IMG/VR virus record: IMGVR_UViG_2693429713_000009
DNA length: 64,000 nucleotides
Direction: 5' to 3' (one strand)
From: a virus
Lineage: Duplodnaviria; Heunggongvirae; Uroviricota; Caudoviricetes
The notes under the pieces were generated by a model. That model was not told where the DNA came from and searched no databases. It worked only from the letters and a program-made list of their open reading frames with translations. Positions 48,177-56,756 of this stretch are shown piece after piece (positions within the stretch are counted from its first letter, which is position 1; the number at the start of each line of letters is the position of its first letter). A program made the translations under genes and the position numbers.

Positions 48177-48665
48177 TCACTTGCCAGCTCCTTTGCGAAT
48201 CTGTTCCGCCCATTCTTCAAGGGATTTCTCCGCATATTCACCAGACAGGCCATCAATCGGATGCGCTTCATTAGCCAACTCTTCTTTCGCTGACAAAATC
48301 ATGCGTGTAACGTCGAAAACTTCACGCAAAGACTTATTGATAAATCCGTGATTGAACGCAGCAGCAAGACGGCTGGCGGTATAGTTAATCCCCTCGTTGC
48401 GTGCTTCCGCACGTACTTCAGCCAGGAAAGCATCGGTGGCTGGAGTTTCGCTGTGGTGCAGGGCATCGTTGATAATCATTGCAGCAACTCCGGCCTGCCC
48501 TGCATCCGTGACCGACACATGCTCAAGAGTTACAGCCATTGCATGTTTCAGCCCAGCATTCTCCGCCGCTAGCGCAGCACACGCTTTCTCAAGTCGGGAA
48601 ATTTCCGTTACATACTCAGCGTTACGCTCTGCCAGTTGTGCGGGCGTTAAACCTTCAGACTTCAT
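48177..48665 (-). CDS. Ea22-like protein (paralog)
   Basis: 162 aa sharing ALAAENAGLK and C-terminal block with 46976-47773. Confidence 0.4.
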   Translation of the reverse strand: MKSEGLTPAQLAERNAEYVTEISRLEKACAALAAENAGLKHAMAVTLEHVSVTDAGQAGVAAMIINDALHHSETPATDAFLAEVRAEARNEGINYTASRLAAAFNHGFINKSLREVFDVTRMILSAKEELANEAHPIDGLSGEYAEKSLEEWAEQIRKGAGK

Positions 48666-48972
48666 ACACTCTCCTTTCGAAATAAACGTACTGATTAATC
48701 ATGCCCAGGGGCATTTCGAGTTTTTCCGCGATCTCACGGCGGGGAACACCACACTGATGAAGCTGCCGTGCCAGTTCTATATCGCTCTGCCGGTATTTGG
48801 CTGACGGATGAAAGTCTCCTTTCAGAATCATGCTGATCCCCAACTCCCGCGCTTTAGTCCTGACGGCATCACCGGTACGACCGATCAGCTTCCCAATACT
48901 CTCGACCGTCATAGTTCCGGCGCACTGGCGGAGTATCATGATTTCTGCCCTTCCCCATCCCCGCCAGCTCAC
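48655..48972 (-). CDS. small HTH DNA-binding protein
   Basis: 105 aa; two HTH-like segments. Confidence 0.4.
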   Translation of the reverse strand: MSWRGWGRAEIMILRQCAGTMTVESIGKLIGRTGDAVRTKARELGISMILKGDFHPSAKYRQSDIELARQLHQCGVPRREIAEKLEMPLGMINQYVYFERRVYEV

Positions 48973-49580
48973 GCAGAACTCCTTCTAACCAAAAGAACGC
49001 CATCTTCAGAAACAACGTTGCAGGACTTCAGGTAATTCATTGCCTCTTTCGGTAATGGATTCTTTGGATCGGCGTTTGCCAGGGATTTCGATAACCTCAT
49101 GATAAATTTGATCATTACCTTCTGGCGGAGCTTGTGCTCATGAGATAAAGAAAGGTAATAGGAAATGGTATGGGCTAAACGCTCACGAAGCTGTTCTGTG
49201 CCGTGATATACAGCAGCGATATCACGCAGTGCATTGACCAGTTCCCGGTAAATATGTGGAGCAACCTGGCATTCAATGTTGGTTGGTGACTCATAAATTA
49301 CAGTCAGCCCCAGCTTTTCAGCCAGCGCGTGCTCTGCACGAGCACCAACCGATTCTTCCCATCGATTGAGCAAATAGATCGCATCAGCAGAACGCACCAT
49401 TGCCAGGCAAATATCCATGTATTCACTCTGGCAAAGGCCACCAGGTAACACCGCTGGATTCAGAACGATATGCCCTTCAGCCATCAGCTCGATCGCTTTC
49501 GCATTAAACGCCGCACGGTTGTAATCTGGATAACCAGTCATCGGCCCCGCGATGTAAATTTTCAAAACACGTTTCACCAT
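48969..49580 (-). CDS. nucleoside 2-deoxyribosyltransferase-like / DUF4406-like protein
   Basis: N-terminal KIYIAGPMTG motif; start trimmed. Confidence 0.4.
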   Translation of the reverse strand: MVKRVLKIYIAGPMTGYPDYNRAAFNAKAIELMAEGHIVLNPAVLPGGLCQSEYMDICLAMVRSADAIYLLNRWEESVGARAEHALAEKLGLTVIYESPTNIECQVAPHIYRELVNALRDIAAVYHGTEQLRERLAHTISYYLSLSHEHKLRQKVMIKFIMRLSKSLANADPKNPLPKEAMNYLKSCNVVSEDGVLLVRRSSA

Positions 49581-49735
49581 CAAAATTTCCCCAAAATCGT
49601 GACGCAAAACATAAGCACTGCGAAAAGCTCAATACCAAGTTCAAGTAGCGCCAACGCCCCGAAAAACAACACATAGAACAGGCCAATCTCATTCACAGAT
49701 GGCTGGTGGATCGCACTTAAAGCTATAAGCATCAT
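49580..49735 (-). CDS. small hydrophobic membrane protein (not in ORF track frame)
   Basis: 51 aa MMLIALSAIHQPSVNEIGLFYVLFFGALALLELGIELFAVLMFCVTILGKF, preceded by GGAGGA; first gene of leftward operon. Confidence 0.4.
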   Translation of the reverse strand: MMLIALSAIHQPSVNEIGLFYVLFFGALALLELGIELFAVLMFCVTILGKF

Positions 49736-49774
49736 GTCCTCCAAACAGTTATCAGGAATGATATTAATGTTTTG

Positions 49775-49805
49775 TGTTAGAAAATCTATTTTGAATATCT
49801 AACCA
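49775..49805. promoter_or_regulatory. operator-like motifs in divergent promoter region
   Basis: TGTTAGAAAA at 49775 and ATCTAACCA at 49797 between leftward operon and ref. Confidence 0.45.
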
Positions 49806-49852
49806 TTTTGATCAATCATAGAAAAATCGCTGAAAAGTAAGAGGCTGCCATC

Positions 49853-50431
49853 ATGCAGAAACAGAGCTATTGGGAGAAACAGAGGCAAAAAGCCATGCAA
49901 AAATTGGCTGACCCGGCCTGGCGAGAGGAACAAAGGGCAAAGCGCCTTCAACAAGCTCAACGCCAGCAGCAGCGAGCGAGAGAAAAAGCCGCATCGCCTG
50001 AATATCGGCAAAAAAAAATTGAAAAAGCAAAGCAATATGACCAGCGGAGAAAAGAGAAAGCTGTATCCGCTCCGTCCAAAAAAACACGCACGTCACGCGG
50101 CCTGAAGGGCAGATCACTCACAGCCGATGAACGCCGGATACAGACCGCTATCGGTACTCTCCCCTGCATTGCCTGCCATATTCACGGGAAACATAGCCCA
50201 GTGGTATCCCTGCACCATATCTTCGGGAGAACGGCAGAGAACGCACATAAATATGTCCTCCCTTTGTGTAAATGGCACCACCAGTACGCAGCGCCAGCCG
50301 AGGTCCGAGAACAATATCCCTGGCTGGTCCCTGTTCATGCTGATGGAAAAATAGGCGGAAAAGCAGATTTCATACGGCACAATGCCGATGAAATGGCGTT
50401 GTATCAGATGGCGATTGAATTGATAAATTAG
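49853..50431 (+). CDS. ref: Ref HNH endonuclease
   Basis: 192 aa; LPCIACHIHG...SLHHI.GRT...LPLCKWHHQYAAPAEVREQYPWLVPVHADG matches P1 Ref as recalled. Confidence 0.8.
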   Translation: MQKQSYWEKQRQKAMQKLADPAWREEQRAKRLQQAQRQQQRAREKAASPEYRQKKIEKAKQYDQRRKEKAVSAPSKKTRTSRGLKGRSLTADERRIQTAIGTLPCIACHIHGKHSPVVSLHHIFGRTAENAHKYVLPLCKWHHQYAAPAEVREQYPWLVPVHADGKIGGKADFIRHNADEMALYQMAIELIN

Positions 50432-50440
50432 TTTTCTAAC
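50431..50440. promoter_or_regulatory. operator-like motif TTTTCTAACA
   Basis: Immediately after ref stop. Confidence 0.4.
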
Positions 50441-50763
50441 ATTTTAAGTTGAATTGTGAATTTCCCCGATGTACATTCACTACCGATTGGTACACCGGTC
50501 AACTTTTTGAGACAAACTGTTTAGTTTTTCGTATTATTGCCGCCGCCATACCTATGGCGGTGCAATATAGGTGGCTGAAAAGCCCCCGTTGACTCACGGT
50601 GTTCCAGCCTTTATTGCGCCGCCACCAGACCGTGGAACAGTCGATGGCGGCTCCGAAAGCAAGGAGTCACTACACTATGAACAACTACAGTCTTTTCCCA
50701 TCACTCGTCGTCCACCACTCACGCGATAATCTGCATTCTTTACTCGCGCCGGGGGTGTCAAAA

Positions 50764-50937
50764 TGACTGTTCGCTACCTCAACTTTCAAATCAAGAACAT
50801 TACTGGCGGTTGCTATGACTGGTTTGTCACTCTCGGAAAAGAAGTGATTACTGGTAAACTGGATGAAGTGAAAGCTAAAGCAATGGCCTACGCCTGCAAG
50901 CAAACCAGGAAGAAATCAACCAAGCATAAAGCCTGAA
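50764..50937 (+). CDS. small hypothetical protein (not in ORF track)
   Basis: 57 aa ORF with GGGGGTG upstream. Confidence 0.3.
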
Positions 50938-50998
50938 GGTGTAGGGTTACCCGGGGTCGTCGGGGCTTTAACTACTAAATAACCGGATTCTCCGCACG

Positions 50999-51310
50999 AT
51001 GAAGAAAATAGATTTCACTTACTCTGCTGCCACAATCCAGCGACGTTTCAGTCTCATAAGGGAAGTAGAACTATCAAAAAACTGTTATCAAATTCTACTG
51101 GATGAAGAGTTTTCGCTGATGATAATGGCAGAAAAATTGGCTATGCCGAATGACCGGCACAAAGTCATTGCCAGCCTGGATCTGGTGACAAATAGATACA
51201 GGGAAACAGAGGAACTACGTGAAGCGGGAGCAATGCGTGACCTGATGGATAATTCCGTTCCCCGTCGTTATCGTACGGGGAACGACATCTCCGTGATTAA
51301 AGGGGCTTAA
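50999..51310 (+). CDS. hypothetical protein
   Basis: 103 aa. Confidence 0.4.
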   Translation: MKKIDFTYSAATIQRRFSLIREVELSKNCYQILLDEEFSLMIMAEKLAMPNDRHKVIASLDLVTNRYRETEELREAGAMRDLMDNSVPRRYRTGNDISVIKGA

Positions 51311-51699
51311 AGCTCACCTGTGCGCTGTTTTTCAAGCACAGATTTAACATTTGGCGCTTTCCCTTTAAAAGAATGGAAAGTGCCACATTTTTCTGTTTTA
51401 ACCTCGCGCAGAGCTTCTCCATCGGCGTTCTGCCATTGATGGGATAATGTCATATCACCGCGAGAAGGAACATCCAGCGAGTACAGCGTATAAGTTCCCC
51501 CCATCTCCGCATACTCCTGGAACACATAGCTCATTACGTCAGATTCAGTTTTTCGGTGTGCGTTATCAACCTTATTCCCATTCAGAAATATGGCATCCGG
51601 ATAGATTTTTATATCAAACCGACCGCACTTAACTTGTAAATTTCCGGCGCTCGCGATCAAAGGGAAAGACGCCAGTAAAGCAATAGCCAATCTTTTCAA
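51307..51699 (-). CDS. exported protein
   Basis: 130 aa; signal peptide MKRLAIALLASFPLIASA. Confidence 0.5.
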   Translation of the reverse strand: MKRLAIALLASFPLIASAGNLQVKCGRFDIKIYPDAIFLNGNKVDNAHRKTESDVMSYVFQEYAEMGGTYTLYSLDVPSRGDMTLSHQWQNADGEALREVKTEKCGTFHSFKGKAPNVKSVLEKQRTGEL

Positions 51700-51719
51700 T
51701 TCTGCCTCCGCTGCGTAAC

Positions 51720-52343
51720 TTATTGCCCGTATTTTTTACACCATTGCTCTGCCATTTGTTTGGCTAAAGGCCCGGCTACTGCACTGTATTCTGCTGTTTT
51801 ACTTTGCACACATGAAGCAGATGGTTTTTTATTTCGCTGCTCGGTTAGTTTGCGCTCATAAGCCATCATGCTATCGAACCCGGCAATATCACTTTGGCGA
51901 AGCATTCCCTTTTTAACCAAAAATTGCTGCCCCTCGGGCACCAATGCAAGCATAAAAAGTGGTTGCAATAACTCACCTAATCCTTGCTGGCGATACACTT
52001 CGAATTGCTGCCATCCCTGACTTAATCTGGAAAGAGTATCTTTGGTTGAGTAACCTGTTTTTGTTATAGCTTTGTCCGTCAGATATGCTGTATATGCAAA
52101 AACGCAAAAGTCAGTTTTACCAATAAACTGAGTTCCAACAGGCCGTAATGGAATGCCCTCCCTCTTGCAAAAGTCCATAATGGCCGCTTGTGAATGATCC
52201 CCACCAGCGTTATTCATAACCTGCTGCCCTGCCCTGAATTGTGCAGGTAACGCAGTTGCATTGGCAGTATTAGCAGATACGCATCCCAACATAGCCGCGA
52301 GCGCGGCCCCTAAAACCCTTAACTTCACTACACCATCCTTCAT
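51720..52343 (-). CDS. putative lipoprotein
   Basis: 207 aa; signal peptide with lipobox-like MLGC. Confidence 0.5.
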   Translation of the reverse strand: MKDGVVKLRVLGAALAAMLGCVSANTANATALPAQFRAGQQVMNNAGGDHSQAAIMDFCKREGIPLRPVGTQFIGKTDFCVFAYTAYLTDKAITKTGYSTKDTLSRLSQGWQQFEVYRQQGLGELLQPLFMLALVPEGQQFLVKKGMLRQSDIAGFDSMMAYERKLTEQRNKKPSASCVQSKTAEYSAVAGPLAKQMAEQWCKKYGQ

Positions 52344-52438
52344 GTAAACAAAATGAAGTTTTATGTTATAAAAACAATTAACTACATCAACATGATTTAG
52401 GCCAAATTTCGGTCAAAAAATAAAATCCACAAAAAGTG

Positions 52439-52584
52439 GTTGACACTATTTTGGAAATCACAAACTGCACATAATCCATCGCGCTAACGGCTCCCGTTGA
52501 AGGTTCTTTTGACGATTAACTTTCAGCCGAAGCGCGGTAGGGAGTCATAACGCCAAAGCAGGCCGCCATGTGCGGCCTTTTTTT
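52439..52584 (+). ncRNA. candidate leader or small RNA (promoter-like TTGACA to terminator)
   Basis: TTGACA at about 52439, then about 110 nt ending in AGGCCGC-CATGT-GCGGCCT plus TTTTTTT directly upstream of the 52612 gene. Confidence 0.3.
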
Positions 52585-52611
52585 GTATCCGTCATCCGTG
52601 GAGGAAGGACA

Positions 52612-53265
52612 ATGGAAAAGATCGCAATATTCAGCCTGACCACCAGCAAGCCTCAAATGCTCACTGCAATACTGAAAGACGGTGCTCTCATTATTAACGA
52701 AGTAAAACCCCTTCCCGCGTCAGCATTGGAGCAAAAGCAAAAAATTCCTCCAGCTATAGCAGCCCTGCGGAAAAGCAAATTCAAGGTTCTAGTAGACGAA
52801 ATTACGCCAACGATCTCCGCTGGCACCGGAGCAAGCCAGGTGACTCTCAAGACCCGTCATGCCGATGGTAGAGCAGCAATCATCGTCGGGATGGAAAGAT
52901 ACAGAGAGTTAAAACTCCAGAAACTATTATCCCTGCCGCAAAATAACAAAGGTGCTTTCGAAATCCCCGACTCTATCGTTGATACCGAATACAACGGTAA
53001 CGGAGAAGAAGTCTACAGGGTGAACTGGCAGGATATCAGGCCGGAGCATATTCTGATGATCCTGTGTTGCTACGCGACCGTATACCACAACGTTGCCAGT
53101 GCAGATTACGTAGAGCAGATGACCGGTACAGTCGAGAAAGAGCAAAAAACAGGCATACTCGCTTCGTTCCTGTCCATTATTGGGCATGAAAAAGTTAAAG
53201 CAGGCACCTCCCAGCCAAAGTCACTGGCTGGGAAAGAAGTTGATGAAGATACCGTGATACTTTGA
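52612..53265 (+). CDS. hypothetical protein
   Basis: 217 aa from ATG with GGAGGAAGG upstream. Confidence 0.45.
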   Translation: MEKIAIFSLTTSKPQMLTAILKDGALIINEVKPLPASALEQKQKIPPAIAALRKSKFKVLVDEITPTISAGTGASQVTLKTRHADGRAAIIVGMERYRELKLQKLLSLPQNNKGAFEIPDSIVDTEYNGNGEEVYRVNWQDIRPEHILMILCCYATVYHNVASADYVEQMTGTVEKEQKTGILASFLSIIGHEKVKAGTSQPKSLAGKEVDEDTVIL

Positions 53266-53400
53266 TCACATTAGTAGCTTTGTTAACTCCCTCAATACCA
53301 GGTAGAAGAGTAACAAAAATATTGACGCGAGTATTTGAGTGGTCAATGAAGCGTTCATAAACAGATCAATTAGCATTAATAATTCGAAGATAACATCCAT
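53266..53400 (-). CDS. small hydrophobic peptide (candidate membrane toxin-like)
   Basis: 44 aa MDVIFELLMLIDLFMNASLTTQILASIFLLLFYLVLRELTKLLM with GGAG upstream; hairpins in its 5' region. Confidence 0.25.
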   Translation of the reverse strand: MDVIFELLMLIDLFMNASLTTQILASIFLLLFYLVLRELTKLLM

Positions 53401-53593
53401 GTCATTCACTCCGTTTAATTTTTAATCTAATGCCAGCAAATGAAGCTGGCCCCCGCATAAAGATTAATGAAAGTCACTTGTCACCAGTGAGGGGATTTAT
53501 GAACCACATCCCCCTGAACTGGTGGCCTGTCTGTTTCTCGCATTTCACACCCTGCATACAGTTTCCCCCAGGTTATGACTGAGAGGCTTTGTT

Positions 53594-53923
53594 ATGGGCT
53601 ATAGCAGACTCGACGATAGGTACATTGAAGACGATATTTTTCGTGCGCTGTTTCACCAGGAAATGATTAAGCGGGTATCGGAGTATCACTCTGATAATTT
53701 CCAGTACACGATAAAGATTGATGAAGTATATCGTTCAGACCTTGCAGCCTACAGGGCGTATGGCAATGCAGATTTGCGCTGGGTATTCCGGGTGCTGGTG
53801 GGCCATGAGTCAGAAATGGAAGAAATGCCCGCCGGGACCACGTTAACTCTTCCTGATGTGGCATGGCTGAGGAACAAGATCCGTGATTACGCGAGCGCGG
53901 AACCGGAGATAGAAAATGCCTGA
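53594..53923 (+). CDS. hypothetical protein
   Basis: 109 aa, overlaps start of SWIM gene. Confidence 0.4.
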   Translation: MGYSRLDDRYIEDDIFRALFHQEMIKRVSEYHSDNFQYTIKIDEVYRSDLAAYRAYGNADLRWVFRVLVGHESEMEEMPAGTTLTLPDVAWLRNKIRDYASAEPEIENA

Positions 53924-55112
53924 TTTCCTGAAAAACCAGGACGGGCGCTATATCACTGACGGCCTGTCCTCTAAGGACTTCACGCGTTTATTCGACCTTA
54001 TCAGGAAAGAACAAACCCGTAAGCGCCGACAAGCTCACCGGACGCTGACGCCAGGTAGACTGAGGAACAAATCCGCCGAAGATATTCTCAAGTTAGGGAA
54101 GAAAAAAGGCGGCACGTTCTTCACGCGAGACGACCTGAAAGGTTTCGAAAAGCTACGGAGTAAAACACGCGAAAAATATGACAGCAAGACGGCTGGCATC
54201 ACATACGCCCAGCTGGTGGCATCCAGCCAAGCAATCGATATTAAGCGTGCAAATAACGCCGTGGATGACGGATCTGGTATCAAAAGAGCTACACCCGTAT
54301 CTCTTCGCCACAACGTGATTAATATCCGCGTAGAAGCATCGGATATATCCGTCCACCAGCACCATATCGTCCGGATACGCTTTGAAGAATGGGATCAGAT
54401 GGTCGATGACATCGCAGAAGACGATAAATCAGCCCTGAAAATCACTAAATCACTGTGCGCCGGGCGGGTGTCTTTCGATTGTGACTGTGGTCGTCATCAA
54501 TACTGGTATCGTTACATCGCTACTGCGGGTAACTTTGCCCTGGCCCCGCCAAAAGAATACGCCTATCCAAAAGTTCGTAACCCTAAGCTACAAGGCGTCG
54601 CCTGTAAACACGTGATCCACTCAATGACGCGGTTACAGTCCGCTAGTTGGCAAATGAGTATTGCTCGTGCGTTACAAAAGGCCGCAACGCAAATTGCATT
54701 TGGTGACGATCGCCGCCGTACAACCAAACACTTCTCAAAAGAAGACGAGAGGGAGTTTAATCGCAATCGCAACAGTAAAACAAACGTTGACGTTGCCAAG
54801 CGCGAATGGAGGCTCTATCAGAAGCGCCAGGCCGCTTTAAGCACAAAACTGGCAAAGGACAACGGCAAAATTGACAAGCTACGTGACCAATTGACCAAAG
54901 CCAGAAAGTTGTCAGACGCACAGAAAAAACGGGCGGCAGCAAAAGAAGCGGCCTTGCAACGTGAGAAACAGAAAAACAAGGAGCTTCAGCAACGCCTTGC
55001 CGATCAGTTCGCACTGAAGAAGCAGGCGTTCATTGATGCGCTTGTCATGGCAGGAACGTCACCTGAGCAAGCTGAAAAAATGTTTATGGAGTATGTGAAG
55101 AAAGGTTCTTAA
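53916..55112 (+). CDS. SWIM zinc-finger protein with basic coiled-coil tail
   Basis: 398 aa; CDCGRH...CKH pattern; Lys/Arg-rich helical C-terminus. Confidence 0.45.
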   Translation: MPDFLKNQDGRYITDGLSSKDFTRLFDLIRKEQTRKRRQAHRTLTPGRLRNKSAEDILKLGKKKGGTFFTRDDLKGFEKLRSKTREKYDSKTAGITYAQLVASSQAIDIKRANNAVDDGSGIKRATPVSLRHNVINIRVEASDISVHQHHIVRIRFEEWDQMVDDIAEDDKSALKITKSLCAGRVSFDCDCGRHQYWYRYIATAGNFALAPPKEYAYPKVRNPKLQGVACKHVIHSMTRLQSASWQMSIARALQKAATQIAFGDDRRRTTKHFSKEDEREFNRNRNSKTNVDVAKREWRLYQKRQAALSTKLAKDNGKIDKLRDQLTKARKLSDAQKKRAAAKEAALQREKQKNKELQQRLADQFALKKQAFIDALVMAGTSPEQAEKMFMEYVKKGS

Positions 55113-55121
55113 TTTACAACA

Positions 55122-55146
55122 AAGGCGGTTATCCCGCCTTTTATAT
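55122..55146. terminator. hairpin terminator
   Basis: AAGGCGG-TTATC-CCGCCTT then TTTT. Confidence 0.5.
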
Positions 55147-55883
55147 TACTTGTCCTTTGATGTCGATTGAGACTCATATATTGTCTCCACGTCATCTATT
55201 AATTTATTAATACCCCACAATCCAGTGTCTTTATAAAAATCACTTTCTTCAATTGCTTTTAATAAATCGGCAAAATCTTCTTTGGTGGAAATCCTTTTAT
55301 CTTTTGCTTTATATATATCAACAATTACTTTTATACCGTGATACAGAGCCACTCTGGCACTCTCAATCTCTCTCTTCTTTTCTTCGATTGTATTCAGTAT
55401 TTTTTGTTGACCTTCTATTTGTTCCTCTAATTTTAAAAGCTCTTCCTCTTTTTTCTTTAGGTTTCTCAGTAACGCCTTTACTCTTGCTTTCTCTTCTGAG
55501 TCAAATTCATGGTCAATGTATCTTATTTGCGCATAATTTCTACCAGTTAGTTTTGATATACGCATAGTAATATAAGGCATTACTATGGACGCAATAGTGC
55601 CATATATAAACGGCATCACAAAGTGAGCTAAAAACGGAGATACAATGAAGGTTCCAAAATAAGGGATTTGATATTTATCCCCTACCCATACTATAGACAG
55701 TGTTGTGTATATATCATATTTAGATTTAAACAAAATTAGTATTTCTTGCCAATTAACGACAAAAAATGAAACCACCACATATGCAAATAATTTATTAAAT
55801 AATTTATCTTTTATGGCTTCATCCATTGTGCCCTTGATTGAGTCAATTGTAGATGTGTTTTCTGTTGATGAATTTTTGCTCAT
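55146..55883 (-). CDS. AT-rich membrane protein with cytoplasmic coiled coil
   Basis: About 245 aa; GC content by eye roughly one third, far below flanks; multiple TM segments then Lys/Glu-rich coiled coil. Confidence 0.5.
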   Translation of the reverse strand: MSKNSSTENTSTIDSIKGTMDEAIKDKLFNKLFAYVVVSFFVVNWQEILILFKSKYDIYTTLSIVWVGDKYQIPYFGTFIVSPFLAHFVMPFIYGTIASIVMPYITMRISKLTGRNYAQIRYIDHEFDSEEKARVKALLRNLKKKEEELLKLEEQIEGQQKILNTIEEKKREIESARVALYHGIKVIVDIYKAKDKRISTKEDFADLLKAIEESDFYKDTGLWGINKLIDDVETIYESQSTSKDK

Positions 55884-55945
55884 ACAAGCTATCAAACCTT
55901 CTAATTTTTATTTTAGATAAAAAGCGGTCCTCCAGACCGCCAAAC

Positions 55946-56305
55946 TTAAACACCAACCAGACTTTCCAGTGGAATACCAAACTGGGCATGTAAACGACGA
56001 ATCATAGGTAACGTCAAATTTCGTGTCCCATTAAGCACTTCGTAAACACGGTTTGACTTACCAATTGCCGGTTCCAGATCCTTCACGGTCAGCCCTTGCT
56101 GTTCCATACGGAATTTAATGGCCTCAATAGGTGATGGTGGCTCAATTGGGTAATGTTTTTTCTCGTACTCCTCAATGAGAAGACACATAACCTCAAAGAA
56201 ATCGCCTTCCGGTGTGTTCATTTCCGGTTCATTATCGAACATCGGTTCGACCGCACGCAGTGCGGCCTCATAATCTTGTTCTGTACGGATAGGTTTAATG
56301 TTCAT
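55946..56305 (-). CDS. higA: HigA-like antitoxin (HTH)
   Basis: 119 aa with C-terminal HTH; downstream of toxin. Confidence 0.65.
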   Translation of the reverse strand: MNIKPIRTEQDYEAALRAVEPMFDNEPEMNTPEGDFFEVMCLLIEEYEKKHYPIEPPSPIEAIKFRMEQQGLTVKDLEPAIGKSNRVYEVLNGTRNLTLPMIRRLHAQFGIPLESLVGV

Positions 56306-56308
56306 GAT

Positions 56309-56611
56309 TTACTCCAGTTCTATTGTATCCGCTTCAATGGCATCGTATTCCTTATGTGTTCCAATAAACTTAACGAACATCCATCCTCGCTGATAAGCAA
56401 TTGCGACAATTAACCTGTAATCATTTCCCTTAATATTGAACACCACGCGCCTGTTTTTAAGGATGCTGGCTGTCCGGTACTGTTCTTTGATCTCAGCCGG
56501 ATTTTTCCAGTCAGCCTTTGTTGCTTCATCAACCCATGCCTTTAATGGCTGTTCTGCATCGGGATTCTTCGCCCAGAAATCCCTTAGTGTTTTTACCGAA
56601 ATTATTTTCAT
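56309..56611 (-). CDS. higB: HigB-like toxin (RelE/ParE superfamily)
   Basis: 100 aa from MKIISVKTLRDFW; THKEYD motif; toxin precedes antitoxin. Confidence 0.65.
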   Translation of the reverse strand: MKIISVKTLRDFWAKNPDAEQPLKAWVDEATKADWKNPAEIKEQYRTASILKNRRVVFNIKGNDYRLIVAIAYQRGWMFVKFIGTHKEYDAIEADTIELE

Positions 56612-56638
56612 CACAGATTCCTTCTCTCTGAAAGTATA

Positions 56639-56688
56639 GTAGTCCCAATATGGGACAATGTAAAGCACTTTAGTCCCATGCTGGGATA
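56639..56688. promoter_or_regulatory. higBA operator-like dyads
   Basis: Two TAGTCCCA-N4-TGGGA palindromes upstream of higB. Confidence 0.5.
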
Positions 56689-56756
56689 TGAATTGAAATC
56701 ACAATCTCCAGACAATGCACCCTCGATACCTGATAAATCGACCTTTGAGGATGCTT

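Noticed and set aside
49853-56714. P1-type res/mod restriction-modification genes expected after ref
   Set aside because: No ORF of appropriate size or with endonuclease/methyltransferase motifs is present in this block
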